From Mobula hypostoma (Eukaryota), in contig NC_086097.1 of assembly GCF_963921235.1 (NCBI RefSeq), positions 124,560,001 to 124,624,000 of the forward strand: 64,000 nucleotides of DNA, written 5' to 3'. Shown in pieces: positions 52,526-64,000 of this stretch. How positions within the stretch are numbered: position 1 is the first letter of the stretch; each line of letters opens with the position of its first letter. Under the pieces are notes generated by a model. That model saw only the letters and a program-made list of their open reading frames with translations. It did not search any database and had not been told where the DNA came from. The position numbers and the translations under genes were made by a program.

Positions 52526-54245
52526 GAGAAATGAGAAGCCAGAGTGAGAAGGTGGGGGAGAGGAGGAAGAAACAGGGTGATGGGTGAAACCGGGAGAGGG
52601 GAAGGGTGAAGTAAAGAGCTAGGAATTTGATTGGTAAAGCGGATAAAAGGCTGGAGAAAGGGGCACCCGACAGGAGAGGACATAAGGTCATGGAAGAAAG
52701 GAAGGGGAGCAGCAGAGGGCAGGTGAGGAAACAGGGTGAGAGAGGGAAATGGGAATGGGGAATGGTGAAGGGCGGCATTACCGGCCACTGTCTGGATATG
52801 CTGCGGTGACTCCTCATGAGGTATTGGAAGTGGGTCCCCCCCCCCCCGGAACATTAGCCCAAGCCGCTGAGCTACAGGTATTTGCACTAACGAGTGCTTG
52901 CATCTTAGCTGAGGGTAAAACTATGAATATCTATACCGGTTCGGGATATGCTTTTGGGGTACTGCGTGATTTCAGTGCCCCGTGGCAGCACAGAGGACTT
53001 ATTAGCTCCTTTGGTGAACCTATACAACATGCTCAACTTATAAAGACTTTGCTCCAGGCTGTTCTGTTGCCCCAGCAGAGCGCTGTAATAAAATGTGAAT
53101 GCAGCCCATACGCGTAGCTCCGACCCTGAGGCGCAAGTAATCCTACAACCGATGCGACCGCTACGTCGGCCGCCCCTTTCATAATCGTTTCAACGAACTT
53201 ACAACAGATTTACTCACAAACAAGAGAAAATCTGCGGAATCTGGAAATCCAACACACACACAATGCTGGGGGAACTCAGCAGGCCAGGCAGCATCTATGG
53301 AAACGAGTAAACAGCCGACGTTTCGGGCCGAGACCCTTCATCGGAACTGAAGACTCTTCATCCAGTCCTGATGAAGGGTCTTGGCCCGAAATGTCAACTG
53401 TACTCTTTTCCATAGGTGTTCTCTTGCATTTTGTGTGTGTTATAACAGTCTACACCTTCACCCCCTACCACAGATTCCTTTCTGGCTGCGCATCTGGCGG
53501 CCAGCGCAGAGGAACAGCAGCTTTAGAAAAATAAACGCTACCGCCGTGATGCCGGTGGATTATGGTCGCACCCTCTGATGGCCGCCCCATTAGTCCCCGT
53601 AGTTTCCTCCTATGCCCTTGCTGGACTGGCACATGGCCAGGGACATGTCGGAAAAGGAGGAGTGACACACAAATACGGCAGCAGCAGTTTGCGGCAGGGC
53701 TAATAGTAGCAGAAGAACAGCTGGTTAGAACTTGAGATTTGCCTGGAAGTCCCCTGTTAAATTTGATCATCTGCCCACTCCGGGGGCACCATTTGTAAAT
53801 CTACAAATAGATTTTGTGCATATGCCAGCAAGTGGGGGCTACAAATATCTGTTAGTAATAGTGGGCATGCTTTCTAAATGGATAGAGGCCTTTCCCACAC
53901 GAAATGATACTAGGATGACAATGGTGATAGAGGAACGCACTTTACGGGAAAATTAACTAAAGCATTGGGACAAACCCTGGGATGCTCCTGAGAGTGGCAC
54001 AATCATCGGGATTAGAAGAAAGGATGAATCGAGTAATGAAAGACACTGGCCAAAGTATGCCAAGAGGTGGGGTTGAAACGGCCTGAGGCGCTGTCACCTT
54101 GAGAAATTATGTTAACAGGACCACCACATTGACCCCTTTTGAAGCACTGACGGGAAGACCTATGGCCACAGATTCTTTTTGTAAAGTGCCCAAACAGCGC
54201 TGATAGGGTCTGATGAGAAAACCTTAGAATAGTAAAGGCTTAGTT

Positions 54246-57200
54246 AGTATTTCCCAACCTTTTTTAGCCCAACACACCTCTATAGCACTTTCATATTTCC
54301 CAACGCCCCCTAAAGCACCATCATGTTTTCCACACCCCCAAGTGTAAAAACATGTCTACCGTTGGCTAACATGAGAAAAACGATTCTGTTTTAATTTTTT
54401 TTATTTATCTTTAAGCCAGTTTACACAGTACCTGTGCACTGTACAACAATATCAATGTGATCCTTGAGTTTGGTGGTTTTAGCAAGAGTTGAAATACCTG
54501 GTTCAAACTGTGACAGCAAACGCCTTAAGCCCCCATAGGTAACAATGTCCAAGTGGTTTCCGATTTTTGTGAGTATGCAGTTCACTGCACTGAAGCCTCT
54601 TTCAACAAGGTAGGAGGACAGAACTGCAATGAAGAGCAGTTTGGCTTTTCTCCAAAGACGAGGAAACTTCGTATGACTATGTAGCCAGATACCACAAAAG
54701 CCAGCATTTTTAGAAAGCATTTTTTGCTGCTTCATCATTCTGAATTTTGATAATTTATTCTTGCAAGCTCTCTTCCTGTTCTTCTACCTTGCAAAGAAAT
54801 AGGTTAATTACCCAATTTTGAAGATCTTTCTTCAGTGACTGCAAGTGTATGCTTGCAAATCACCATCTGTGAAAGAGTGCCATATTTCCCATGCAGGGAA
54901 ACTCGGAATGTTCTTTTCCCAATGCTTTGCTTATATTTTCCAACTTTCCAATAAAAGTGCACACAGCACTTTTTGTCTGGATTAAATTGAAATTCTCACC
55001 CTGAAGTTTCACATTTAGAATATTCTTTGTCATTCAGATTGGTTAAGTATGCCACATCTCCACATAGAAGTTCAATCTTGTTTCCCAAACTCTTGTAGAC
55101 TAAGCAAAAATTCAACCACAGTGTCAAAAAAAAATCAAAGAAATGTTTTAAGCAGCAGCCTTTTGGCAGCCAACACACTTCAGTGCAAAAAAAAACTGTT
55201 CAAACTCTTCATCTTCACATAACTGTTGAAATATTCTGCTATTTAATGGATGGGTTTTGTTGATAGCAGATATTGAAAAAAAGTCAGTGGCTGAGGTTTT
55301 TGGCTGCGAGATGTTGACGATCGATTGCAAACAGACTTGGAATTTCTTTCTTCATAAATGCCACTAAACTAGCGTGGTAATCTGTCATATATGGTGCTCC
55401 ATCTGTTACACAAGCAATCACGTTCCTAATTGGAATACTTTTATCTTCAATATACATTGAGCTCATTTGTAGATTGATTTTCCATTGATATTTGTTTTTA
55501 ACTTTTTACAAAAGAGAATCTCTTCATAAACATATCCATTTTTGATAAACCATACATATGACATTAGCAATACCACGTGGTCTTGCACAGTTGACTCATC
55601 CAGTCATATCCCACATTCTGTTTTTGAAGCTCTGTTCATAGTTGATACCCAGTGTCTTCACTCATTTTGTCAATATGCCAAGCTACAGAGTTGTTACTGA
55701 GAGGAATTAGTTTTAAAATACTGGTATCCATTTTGAGAATAGTAGTGAGCACATTGGATACAGCAGGCATTATTAATCTTTCACCAATTGTATGAAATTT
55801 TCCACGCTTCGCTATCATTTTGGAAATGTTATAAGAACCAATGGGACCACTATCAAGGTCAATTTTAGCTTTCTTGGCAAATGACTCGAGTGTGCAACAC
55901 TTTTCAAATGGTTCTTTCAACCTCTGGAACTGAGTAATACCTTAAAGTATCCGTTTCTGTCACAATGGCAGGGGATTGGGAACAAGGGTGGACGCAAATG
56001 CAAGACACATCTTGTGAAGTTACTTAGATTTAGTTTATTGCTCGATACCAGGAGAGCTAGACAGGAGCAGGGGTAGTGAACAGGATAAGGAATCAGGATT
56101 ACGACTAGGCTGGGACCAAGGGTCTGGGCTTGGACTCAGAATTGGCTCCCAGAACTAGAGGAGACATGAAGAGGCTAGGGAATGGACTCTGAGCCTGAGA
56201 CTGGGCAAGAACCCAGTACCTGGGTCTTGCCTTGGGCTCGAACCCCAGAAACAGGCATGGACATGACATGGGCTAGGGAGAGGAGGACCATGGAAGACAG
56301 AGCCTGTCTCAGGAGAGCAGCAGGTACATGGAACCATGGACACATACACAGAACAGAGTCAGGACCCCTCCTTGGGTACAGAACATAGGGCTGGGACTCA
56401 TGACACTCCACAGGGCAATGGCAAGACGGCCTGACTTACCCCATGGAGGTGAGGGCAAGACATGACCCCCCCCCCACAGGGCAATGGCAAGACAGCCCAA
56501 CTTACCCCACAGAGGCAAGGACAAGACACGACAAGACCAACACAAATGAACACCAGGCAGTACCCATCTAGCTCCAGTGATGGAACTAGACTGAAGTGCA
56601 GGCAGGGGCTGCAGACAAGGGGGTAGGACAGGAATCACAGACCACCAGGGCCAGGACTAGACTGAGAATTTGGGCACCACCAGAGCCAGGACATGGTAAC
56701 GTGGGTGCCACCAGAGCCAGGACATGGATGTGGTACTTGGATAGTCAGTCATATTTTATTGATCCCAGGGAAACTGGTTTTCATTAGTTGCACTATAAAT
56801 AATAAATAGTAATATGTAAATTATGAAATAAGTCCAGGACCAGCCTATCAGCTCAGGGTGTCTGACCCTCCAAGGGAGGAGTTGTAAAGTTTGATGGCCA
56901 CAGGCAGGAATGACTTTCTATGACACTGTGCTGCATCTTGGAGGAATGAGTCTCTGGCTGAATGTACTCCTGTGTCCAACTAGTACATTATGTAGTGGAT
57001 AGGAGACATTGTCCAAGATGGCATGCAACTTAGACAGCATCCTCATTTCAGACACCACTGTGAGAGTCCAGTTCCATCCCCACAACATCACTGGCCTTAC
57101 AAACAAGTTTGTTGATTCTGTTGGTCTGCTACCCTCAGCCTGCTGCCCCAGCACACTACAGCAAACATGATCACACTGGCCACCATAGACTCGTAGAACA

Positions 57201-58913
57201 TCCTCAGCATCATCCAGCAGATGTTAAAGGACCTCAGTCTCCTCAGGAAATAGAGACGGCTCTGACCCTTCTTATAGACTGCCTCAGCGTTCTTAGACCA
57301 GTCCAGTTTATTGTCAATTCATATCCCCAGGTATTTGTAATCCTCCACCATGTCCAGACTGACCCCCTGGATGGAAACAGGGGTCACCGGTACCTTAGCT
57401 CTCCTCAGGTCTACCACCAGCTCCTTAGTCTTTTTCACATTAAGCTGCAGATAATTCTGCTCACACCATGTGACAAAGTTTGCTGCCGGAGCCAGGACGT
57501 GGTGCTTGGAACCTCCGGGTAGTGCCGAGCTCTCGACTCGGTCCAGGAACAGTTAGCGGCTCTTGATTCTCTCTAGCGGGTTAACTGATGGACCCACCTT
57601 GATGAGGAAACTTTGCAGGCTCGCTTCGGCGAGGTAACTGGATAGGGTTGCTCCGGTGAGGAGAAGCGAATGACCAGCACTCACTTCGGGCGGAGACTGG
57701 GCTTACTTCAGCCAGATGACATTAACACACCGTAACTTCGTAGACGCTTCCACACCAAACAACTGGTAGCCGAAGACTATAAACTACCGGTTCAGCTGAG
57801 TGTTAATTGCCTCTAATCACCAAAGTCGAGGGACACGGGAAAACAGGGAATCAACGGTCCGGATCGTAACATAAACAAGCTAAATTTAAAGGGACCCCAA
57901 TCCGGACCATAGCAGTTTCGGGGTGTCTTTTACAGAAGTGTCCCTGCAATCTTGATGGTTTCATGGCTTCATTACTAATAAGACGCCTGGGGTGTAGCTG
58001 ATCTGACGGGAACGGAATAAAACTGTACTCCAGGTTTGTAACGTCGTATTGATGCACGTCCTGCAGTTTCTGTTTCCTAGCAGGATTAGAATTCAAGGCC
58101 ACACCACCTTCAGACTTATAGAGAATGTGCCGTAAGTATTTATTCCTTATTAACGAGGCTAAATAAAAATTAAAAATTGGCACAAACTGGGAATGCCTAT
58201 TGGAATTTGAGGACGGCAGCGAATTGACACGGATGGAACGATGGTAGCGGCAGCAAAGGAACAGCGAGGCGAAGATGAAGACGATAACAACCGTCAAAAT
58301 TACATTGACAAGGATTCAGATTGGAATCTGAATGTTAGTCGGTGGTAGAGCTGATGTTCGGCAAGCTACCCTTATACTATTCCAGTTGGCATGATTGACC
58401 AATTACGTCGAGTCTCATAATCCCCAAAGCAGGTTCACTGACTGGCTCTATCCGGCCAGCGCTGTATCGTTGCGCGACCTGCTTTCCATAGATCTGTAGA
58501 GAAAGTTGAGAGGGTGTACAGTACTTGACTTCCCAGCTGTTAAATTGCATGAACTCGTTCCATGCCGCGAGTCAAGGGGAACTATTGGGCACCCTGGTTG
58601 CTAATGTATGCACCCCAATAATGTCTGTTTGGTTGGTAAGGTCGGACGAGATTGCCAAATTTCAGACACATTGTGACGACGAGTGTTCGCCGCCAGCAGA
58701 GCGATGGTCCTTCCTGTGTTCCAGTGCCTCATCCTTTTTTTTTTAAGAAGTGCCTGCTCTACTCAAGGTCACTCAGGTTTCATACCTCAAGTTAGGGTGC
58801 CGCTTACTGTCCCCCCAAGAACCTTGAATGGCCCCCAAACCAACGACTTTTATTTCCCCTAATGTTCCCTTAGGACATGTAGGATATGGTACCGACCACA
58901 CTGGGAATCAGTG
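54246..58913 (-). mobile_element. hAT-Charlie/Buster-type transposon with decayed transposase
   Basis: NEAMKPSRLQGHF, KFHTIGERLIMPA..IPLSNNSV, CVTDGAPYM, SSYLVERGFSAV; ends approximate. Confidence 0.88.
55958..57914 (-). mobile_element. LTR-like insertion (TG...CA, 5-bp TSD GTTTC) containing a Rex LINE fragment (~56742-57480)
   Basis: TSD at 55953-55957 and 57915-57919 splits the transposase; Rex ORF LSKLHAILDNVSYPLH..STFSQRLIPPRCST. Confidence 0.8.
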
Positions 58914-60094
58914 CTCAGGGGAAGCTATTAGACTGAACCAAGGGAAAGTGACCGCAGTGCTGCCCAAACATGGGGATTAAACCAGGTGATTATGTATATA
59001 TTAAACCACTCTCTCTCCTAGGTGGAAGGGACCCTATCAAGTGCTGCTAACCACCTGTACGGCGGTCAAGGTACAAGGGGCAAAGCCAAATGGGTGGACG
59101 GAACCAAGTACAAGCTGTTTCTACCCAGATAGCTGAAAAGTGATGGCGTCAGACGGATAAGACAAGTCGCTTCATGGGAATGAGTAAGTGTAGGGGAAAT
59201 ATGGTGGGGTGACATTAGTTATGGATCTCTTTAAAATATTGGCCAATTGCCTCATTAATACAAAGCTGCAGACAAAAAAAGATCAAGTATTGAGCTTTCC
59301 CACCAAACTTCAGTCTCAATTCCCTAAAATATTACTTGGGGCTATTTCTAACACATTAAATGTTACAGGAGCACATGGATGGAAAACATTTCACTTAACA
59401 AATACTTACTGCCTTTCTTATGTAGAATTACCTTCCATTTCCTCTCTTCTCCCAACACCTCTGCCCAACAGGTTTGATAAAATTCTCAAAGTTAAAGATG
59501 AAGATTTGGCTTTATTAGTCGCGTGTACATCGGAACATAAAGCGAAATGCATGGTTTGCGTCAACGACTGACACAGTCTGAGGACTGTGCTGGGCAGCCT
59601 GCAAATGTCACCATGCTTCTGGCACCAATGTAGCTTGCCCACTGAGTAAGCTTCCAATGAGTGCAGCTCAAATATTGTTGTCAGCACTACCTGAGGCTGC
59701 ATGTGTGCACATCATCCAACACTGCACGCAAAATACTGACTCACAAAACTTTCCCAGTTCCCCCACTAATCTACCTCATTACCCATTCTCTGCACACTCC
59801 TGTCACTCCTGCCACCTATCCCCAGTAGGGGCAATTTATAGTGGCTGAGTCACTTCTGAAGCCATCTGCCTTTTGGGTGAAGGGAAACTTGACCACTTGG
59901 TTAAAAGCCCAAATGCTCACATAGAGAATATGCAAAGCTCACACAGACATCGCTGGAGGTCAGGATTGCTCTTGGATTTCTGGAGCTATGAGGCAGCAAC
60001 ACTACTAGCCGTGCCTCTATGATATTCAGAAGACCAGGCAGCATCTACGGAGAGGGAAACAAAGTTAACGACTCATACCAACCAATAACCTTCC

Positions 60095-60620
60095 ACTGCA
60101 TGTGGAGTATCGTGAGCAATTTAGGGTCCTTTATCTAAGAAAGGATGTGCTAGCATTGGAGAGAATCCAGAGAAGATTCATGAGAATGAACCCAGAAATG
60201 AAAGGGTTAACATATGAGATGCATTTGATGCATCTGGGCCTGTACTTGCTGGAGTTTAGAAGAATGAGGGAGGATCTAATTGAAACCTATCAAATACTGA
60301 AAGGCCTAGACAGAGTGGATGTGGGGAGAGTTTCCTGCAGGAGGGGAGTGTAGAACCAGAGGGCACAGTCTCAGAATAGGAGGACTTCCCTTCAGAACAG
60401 ATAGGAGGAGGAATTTATTTAGTCAGAGGGTGACAAATGTATGGAACTCATTGTCATAGATGGCTGTGGAGGCCAAGTCATTGAGTATATTTAAAGTGGA
60501 CGTAGATAGGTTCTTGAGTAAGGGCATCAAAGGATAAGGAAGAAGAATGGGATTGAGAGGGATTGCAGAGTAAATTCAATGGGCTGAATGGCCTAATTCT
60601 GCATCTATGTCTTATAGTCA
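60095..60620 (+). mobile_element. CR1 LINE 3' fragment
   Basis: YLRKDVLALERIQRRFMRM...LEFRRMREDLIETYQILKG. Confidence 0.9.
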
Positions 60621-61399
60621 CTCATCAGAACCCTGCCTTCAGATAGGGCCGTGCCTGCATGGTGAATGGCACATGTCACATGTCACTGGAAGTTTTGACG
60701 TACATGTCATATATCCTCCCCCTCTTCTGTTCTTAACTGGCTTTTTAAGGACTTAATTGAATGTATTAGGGGAATGCTTTGTAACAAAGTTGATATTGAC
60801 TTCAGTTTTGAGTCAAAGGAGTCCATGCCAATGATACAGCCCAATCATCCAAATATCGAACAACTATTTCTGTTTAAAAGTGGAGATAAACTGCAGTAAC
60901 AATACGACTCCGGACTACACAAATATTTGTGCACCCAATTAACCAGTGACTCAGCTCAAACAGGAACATCGAGTTAAATAACAATTTAATCTAAAATCCA
61001 GTTCTGACAAACCTATTTAATCATAATCGACTGGTTTTATTCAAAACAGATCCACAAATTGTATTTATATTGTTGGTGCATTTCAATCAAACATTCTACC
61101 TACAAAATACATATGGACGATCTCATCAACCTGAGCCTCTAAGGGTAAATGAGAAGCAGAGGGGTCAGGATCACAAGAGGCAGAATTCAAGTGGCTGGAA
61201 AAAGAACCAGTGGGAATATTTTTTTATATAAATATATGTACAGTGCAGTGTGATGTGCTCCAGAATCCTTCTGAAAAGGCTGATTGAACAGTTTTGAGCC
61301 TGGGTATGACATAGACACAAAATGCCGGAGGAACTCAGGTCAGGGAGCATCAATGGAGAGGAATAAACAGCTGGTGTTTCAGGCCAAGACCCCTCATCT

Positions 61400-61597
61400 G
61401 TCTTGGTGAAGGCTCTGGGCCCGAGATGCCGACTGCTGGGTCTTGGTAGAGGGACTGGGCACAAGATGCCGACTGCTGGGTCCTGGTAAAGAGTCTGGGC
61501 CCAAGACATTGACGGTTGGGCCCTGGTGAAGGATCTTGGCCCAAAATGTCAACTGTTGGGTCCTGGTGCAGGGTCTGAGCCCGAGACATCAACTGTT
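61400..61597 (+). repeat. Tandem repeat, 5 x 40 bp, derived from the Penelope hammerhead motif
   Basis: Units start at 61400, 61440, 61480, 61520 and 61560. Confidence 0.9.
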
Positions 61598-61994
61598 AGT
61601 TCCACTCCATAGATGCTGCCTGAGGTGCTGAGCTCCTGCAGGACTGTGTGTTGCTCTTGATTTCCAACATCTACAGAATCTCCTGTGTTTATGGATATTG
61701 ATGAATATGTTCAGTGTTACAGTGAAAGAGGAAGAGGCTGAACTGACTGAGGGGTTCAGCCAAAGAGATGGTTTCAGTGTTGGTAACAGCAACATGAGAG
61801 CTGCAATTCCTCCTCAGAGGAGTAAGATAGGGTAGGTGGGTGGGTATCTCTATCTCAGTGTGGTGTCCTCATATTCCAATATCTCTGTGCAGCTCTCTTT
61901 TCATCATAGCAACTCAGGATGTACATCAACTTCCCTGATACTCTCCAACAAGACACTGAAGATGTTAAACATTTTGAAGGAGGTCTTAAGACTA

Positions 61995-63105
61995 TCCTGG
62001 GTTGTTAAAAAGGCATACGGTGTATTGACCTTCATTCATCAGGAGGCCGAGATCAAGAGCTTTGAGGTAATGTTGCAGCTCTACAAAACCCTGGTTAAAC
62101 CACATCTAGAGTATTGTGTTTAGTTCTGGTCGCCTCATTATAGGAAAGACGTAGAAGCTTGAGAGAGAGTGCGGAGGAAATTTACCAGGTTGCTGCCTGG
62201 ATGAGAAAGCTTATCTTATGAAGACAGAAACACAGGAACATAGAAAACCCACAGTACAATACAGGCCCTTCGGCCCACAATGCTGTGCCAAACATGTACT
62301 GACTTTAGAAATTACCTCAGGTTACCCATAGCCCTCTATTTTTCTAAGCTCCATGTACCTACCCAGGAGTCTCTTAAAAGACCCTATCGTATCCACCTCC
62401 ACCACCATCTCCGGCAGCCCATTCCACACACTCACCACTCCCTGCGTAAAAAAAACTTACCCCTGACATCTCCTCTGTACCTGCTTCCAAGCACCTTAAA
62501 ACTGGGATCCCTCATATTAGACATTTCAGCCCTGGGAAAAAGCCTCTGACTATCCACACAATCAATGCCTCTTATCATCTTATACACCTCTATCGGGTCA
62601 ACTCTCATCCTCCGCCTCTCCAAGGAGAAAAGGCCAAGTTCACTCAACCTATTCTCATAAGGCATGATCCCCAATCCAGTTTGAATGAGCCAAGGCTCTT
62701 CTCTCTGGAGCAAAGGAGGATGAGAGGTGGATTGATTGAGATGTACAGGATGACAGAGGCATACAGTAAATCAAGTGGATAGGCAGAAACATTTTCCCAG
62801 AGCAGAAATTCCGAATGTCAAAGGGCATAGTTTTAAGAAGATTGGAGGAAAGTATAGGGGAGAGGAATGTCAGAGTTATATTTTTCTCTAACAGAGTGCT
62901 GAGGGTGTGGAACATGTTGCCAGGGTGGTGGTGGGGGCATATTCATTAGAGGCATTAAAGAATCTTAGATAAGCACATGGCTGATAGAGAAATGGAGGGC
63001 TATGTACGAGGGAAGGGTTATATTGATTTTAGAGTACAGTAAAAGGTCAGCACAACATTGTGGGCCGAAGGGCCTGTACTGTGCTGTAATATTCTATGTT
63101 CTACC
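61995..63105. mobile_element. Cluster of CR1 fragments (plus-strand copy interrupted by a minus-strand copy at ~62235-62665)
   Basis: LYKTLVKPHLEYCV; LFSLERRRMRVDPIEVYK. Confidence 0.85.
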
Positions 63106-63269
63106 ATGGGAAATTTTTTTATATCCACCTGGAGTGTTTGTTTTGGGAGTTTGGTGCCAGACACATGGACAATGTGAGCCACTCAGCAGAGCAGCCAGTG
63201 TACAGTCAGAACCACATGAAGGGTAGTCACGGTGACTACTGGCGGTGGCAGTAGTAGTAACAGTCGATC

Positions 63270-63745
63270 GGGTCGAGTACCATGTTCCCCTAACGTGTTG
63301 TCTATTGGTGGGTCTTCAGGTGGCTGTAGAGGCTGATCCAGGATCCACATAACTCTACAATGTTCGGGTGGATTCTCTGAATAGAGTACGCCCGTGTGAG
63401 ATTTTGTTTAATGTGGGGTGGTTGATGCACGGGCAGCCACTACACACTCCTTGACAGATCTGGGTCAGGGTCCAGTGGCATCCAGCGGCAAGATGACTGG
63501 GGACCCTTCACAGCTACAGGATCCCTCCACCTTCACTGCTGCTGTGAGGCGCCATCACCTTCCACCTGCTCAACTGTTAAGGTCTTGGTTGGATCACTCA
63601 TTGTCTGGAACCTCAACCCTGACCTTTCCACCACGGGTGACCCTATCAGGAGATAAGTGCCAGGAGCTCCAGAAGGCATTGGTCTCCTGATCTCAGGAAC
63701 ACACGAGCCTGACCACCATGACAAGGTGACGATCCTCGGAGGTGA
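63270..63745 (-). mobile_element. Probable RTE-type LINE 5' region
   Basis: ggtgaccctatcaggag...caccatgacaaggtg resembles the reverse of RTE 5'UTR motifs (from memory). Confidence 0.4.
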
Positions 63746-64000
63746 AGGGTGATTGACACGGAAGAGGTCACTGACAATGGTTCACCTGTCTTGCCACTGA
63801 ACTGGGAGGATTTCACATCAGCACAGGTAAACACTGCAAACCTTTTCCTCACTGAACCTCCCATTGGTTTTAGGATTGTCCTTTACAAAGTGTCACATCA
63901 CCAAACACTGCATTTTAGACTAAGTGGCTATAAGTCAAACCATTTTGGAAAATCCATAAGACAAAGGAGCAGAATTAGGCCATTCAGCCCATTGAGTCTG

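Larger units (their letters stand above)
47350..59130 (+). mobile_element. Decayed class I (epsilon/gamma-like) endogenous retrovirus gag-pol, multiply interrupted
   Basis: Gag MHR CQQKKDEPVTDF; protease LTDSGAT (~48807); RT WRFMQDLWAVN..INLCSAFFSVPL; RNaseH AQAAEL..NIYTGSGYAFG (~52860); integrase LQIDFVHMP..WIEAFP (~53800); C-terminus PRWKGPYQVLLTT (~59020). Confidence 0.9.

Noticed and set aside
54421..58297. Domesticated ZBED/SCAND3-like gene
   Set aside because: Multiple frameshifts and a 2-kb insertion; a dead hAT transposase.
61400..61597. CRISPR-like array
   Set aside because: Eukaryotic context, no unique spacers; units are contiguous degenerate copies of a Penelope motif.

Overview
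Vertebrate genomic DNA. The repeat complement (V-SINE, CR1, Rex/Babar, Penelope) suggests a cartilaginous fish, probably a ray; this is an inference. The only recognisable host gene is a rearranged PABPC1-derived gene on the minus strand (~24.2 kb to ~1.8 kb). No RRM1-3 exons are visible in the window and the MLLE-core exons 13-14 are absent. The RRM4 exon block (exons 7-8-9) is present in three tandem copies. The two upstream copies look dead at first sight (TGA in exon 8, 1-nt deletion in exon 9), but both have gained a consensus donor ATG|GTGAGT 9 nt before the stop, in phase 0. This lets them splice in frame to the next RRM4 exon. The predicted product is an uninterrupted ~484-aa protein with three RRM4 domains, the PABPC1 linker and a new short C-terminal tail. 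A CpG-rich ETS/CRE promoter candidate (~45.3-45.65 kb) and three candidate 5' exons may drive it. The rest is nested transposable elements: ERV-L-like fragments, a Gmr1-type Gypsy inside a Tigger inside a Mag-type Gypsy, a class I ERV with a probable 2H-phosphoesterase remnant, hAT elements, LINEs, and Penelope elements carrying minimal hammerhead ribozyme motifs. Splicing and expression are predictions from sequence only.
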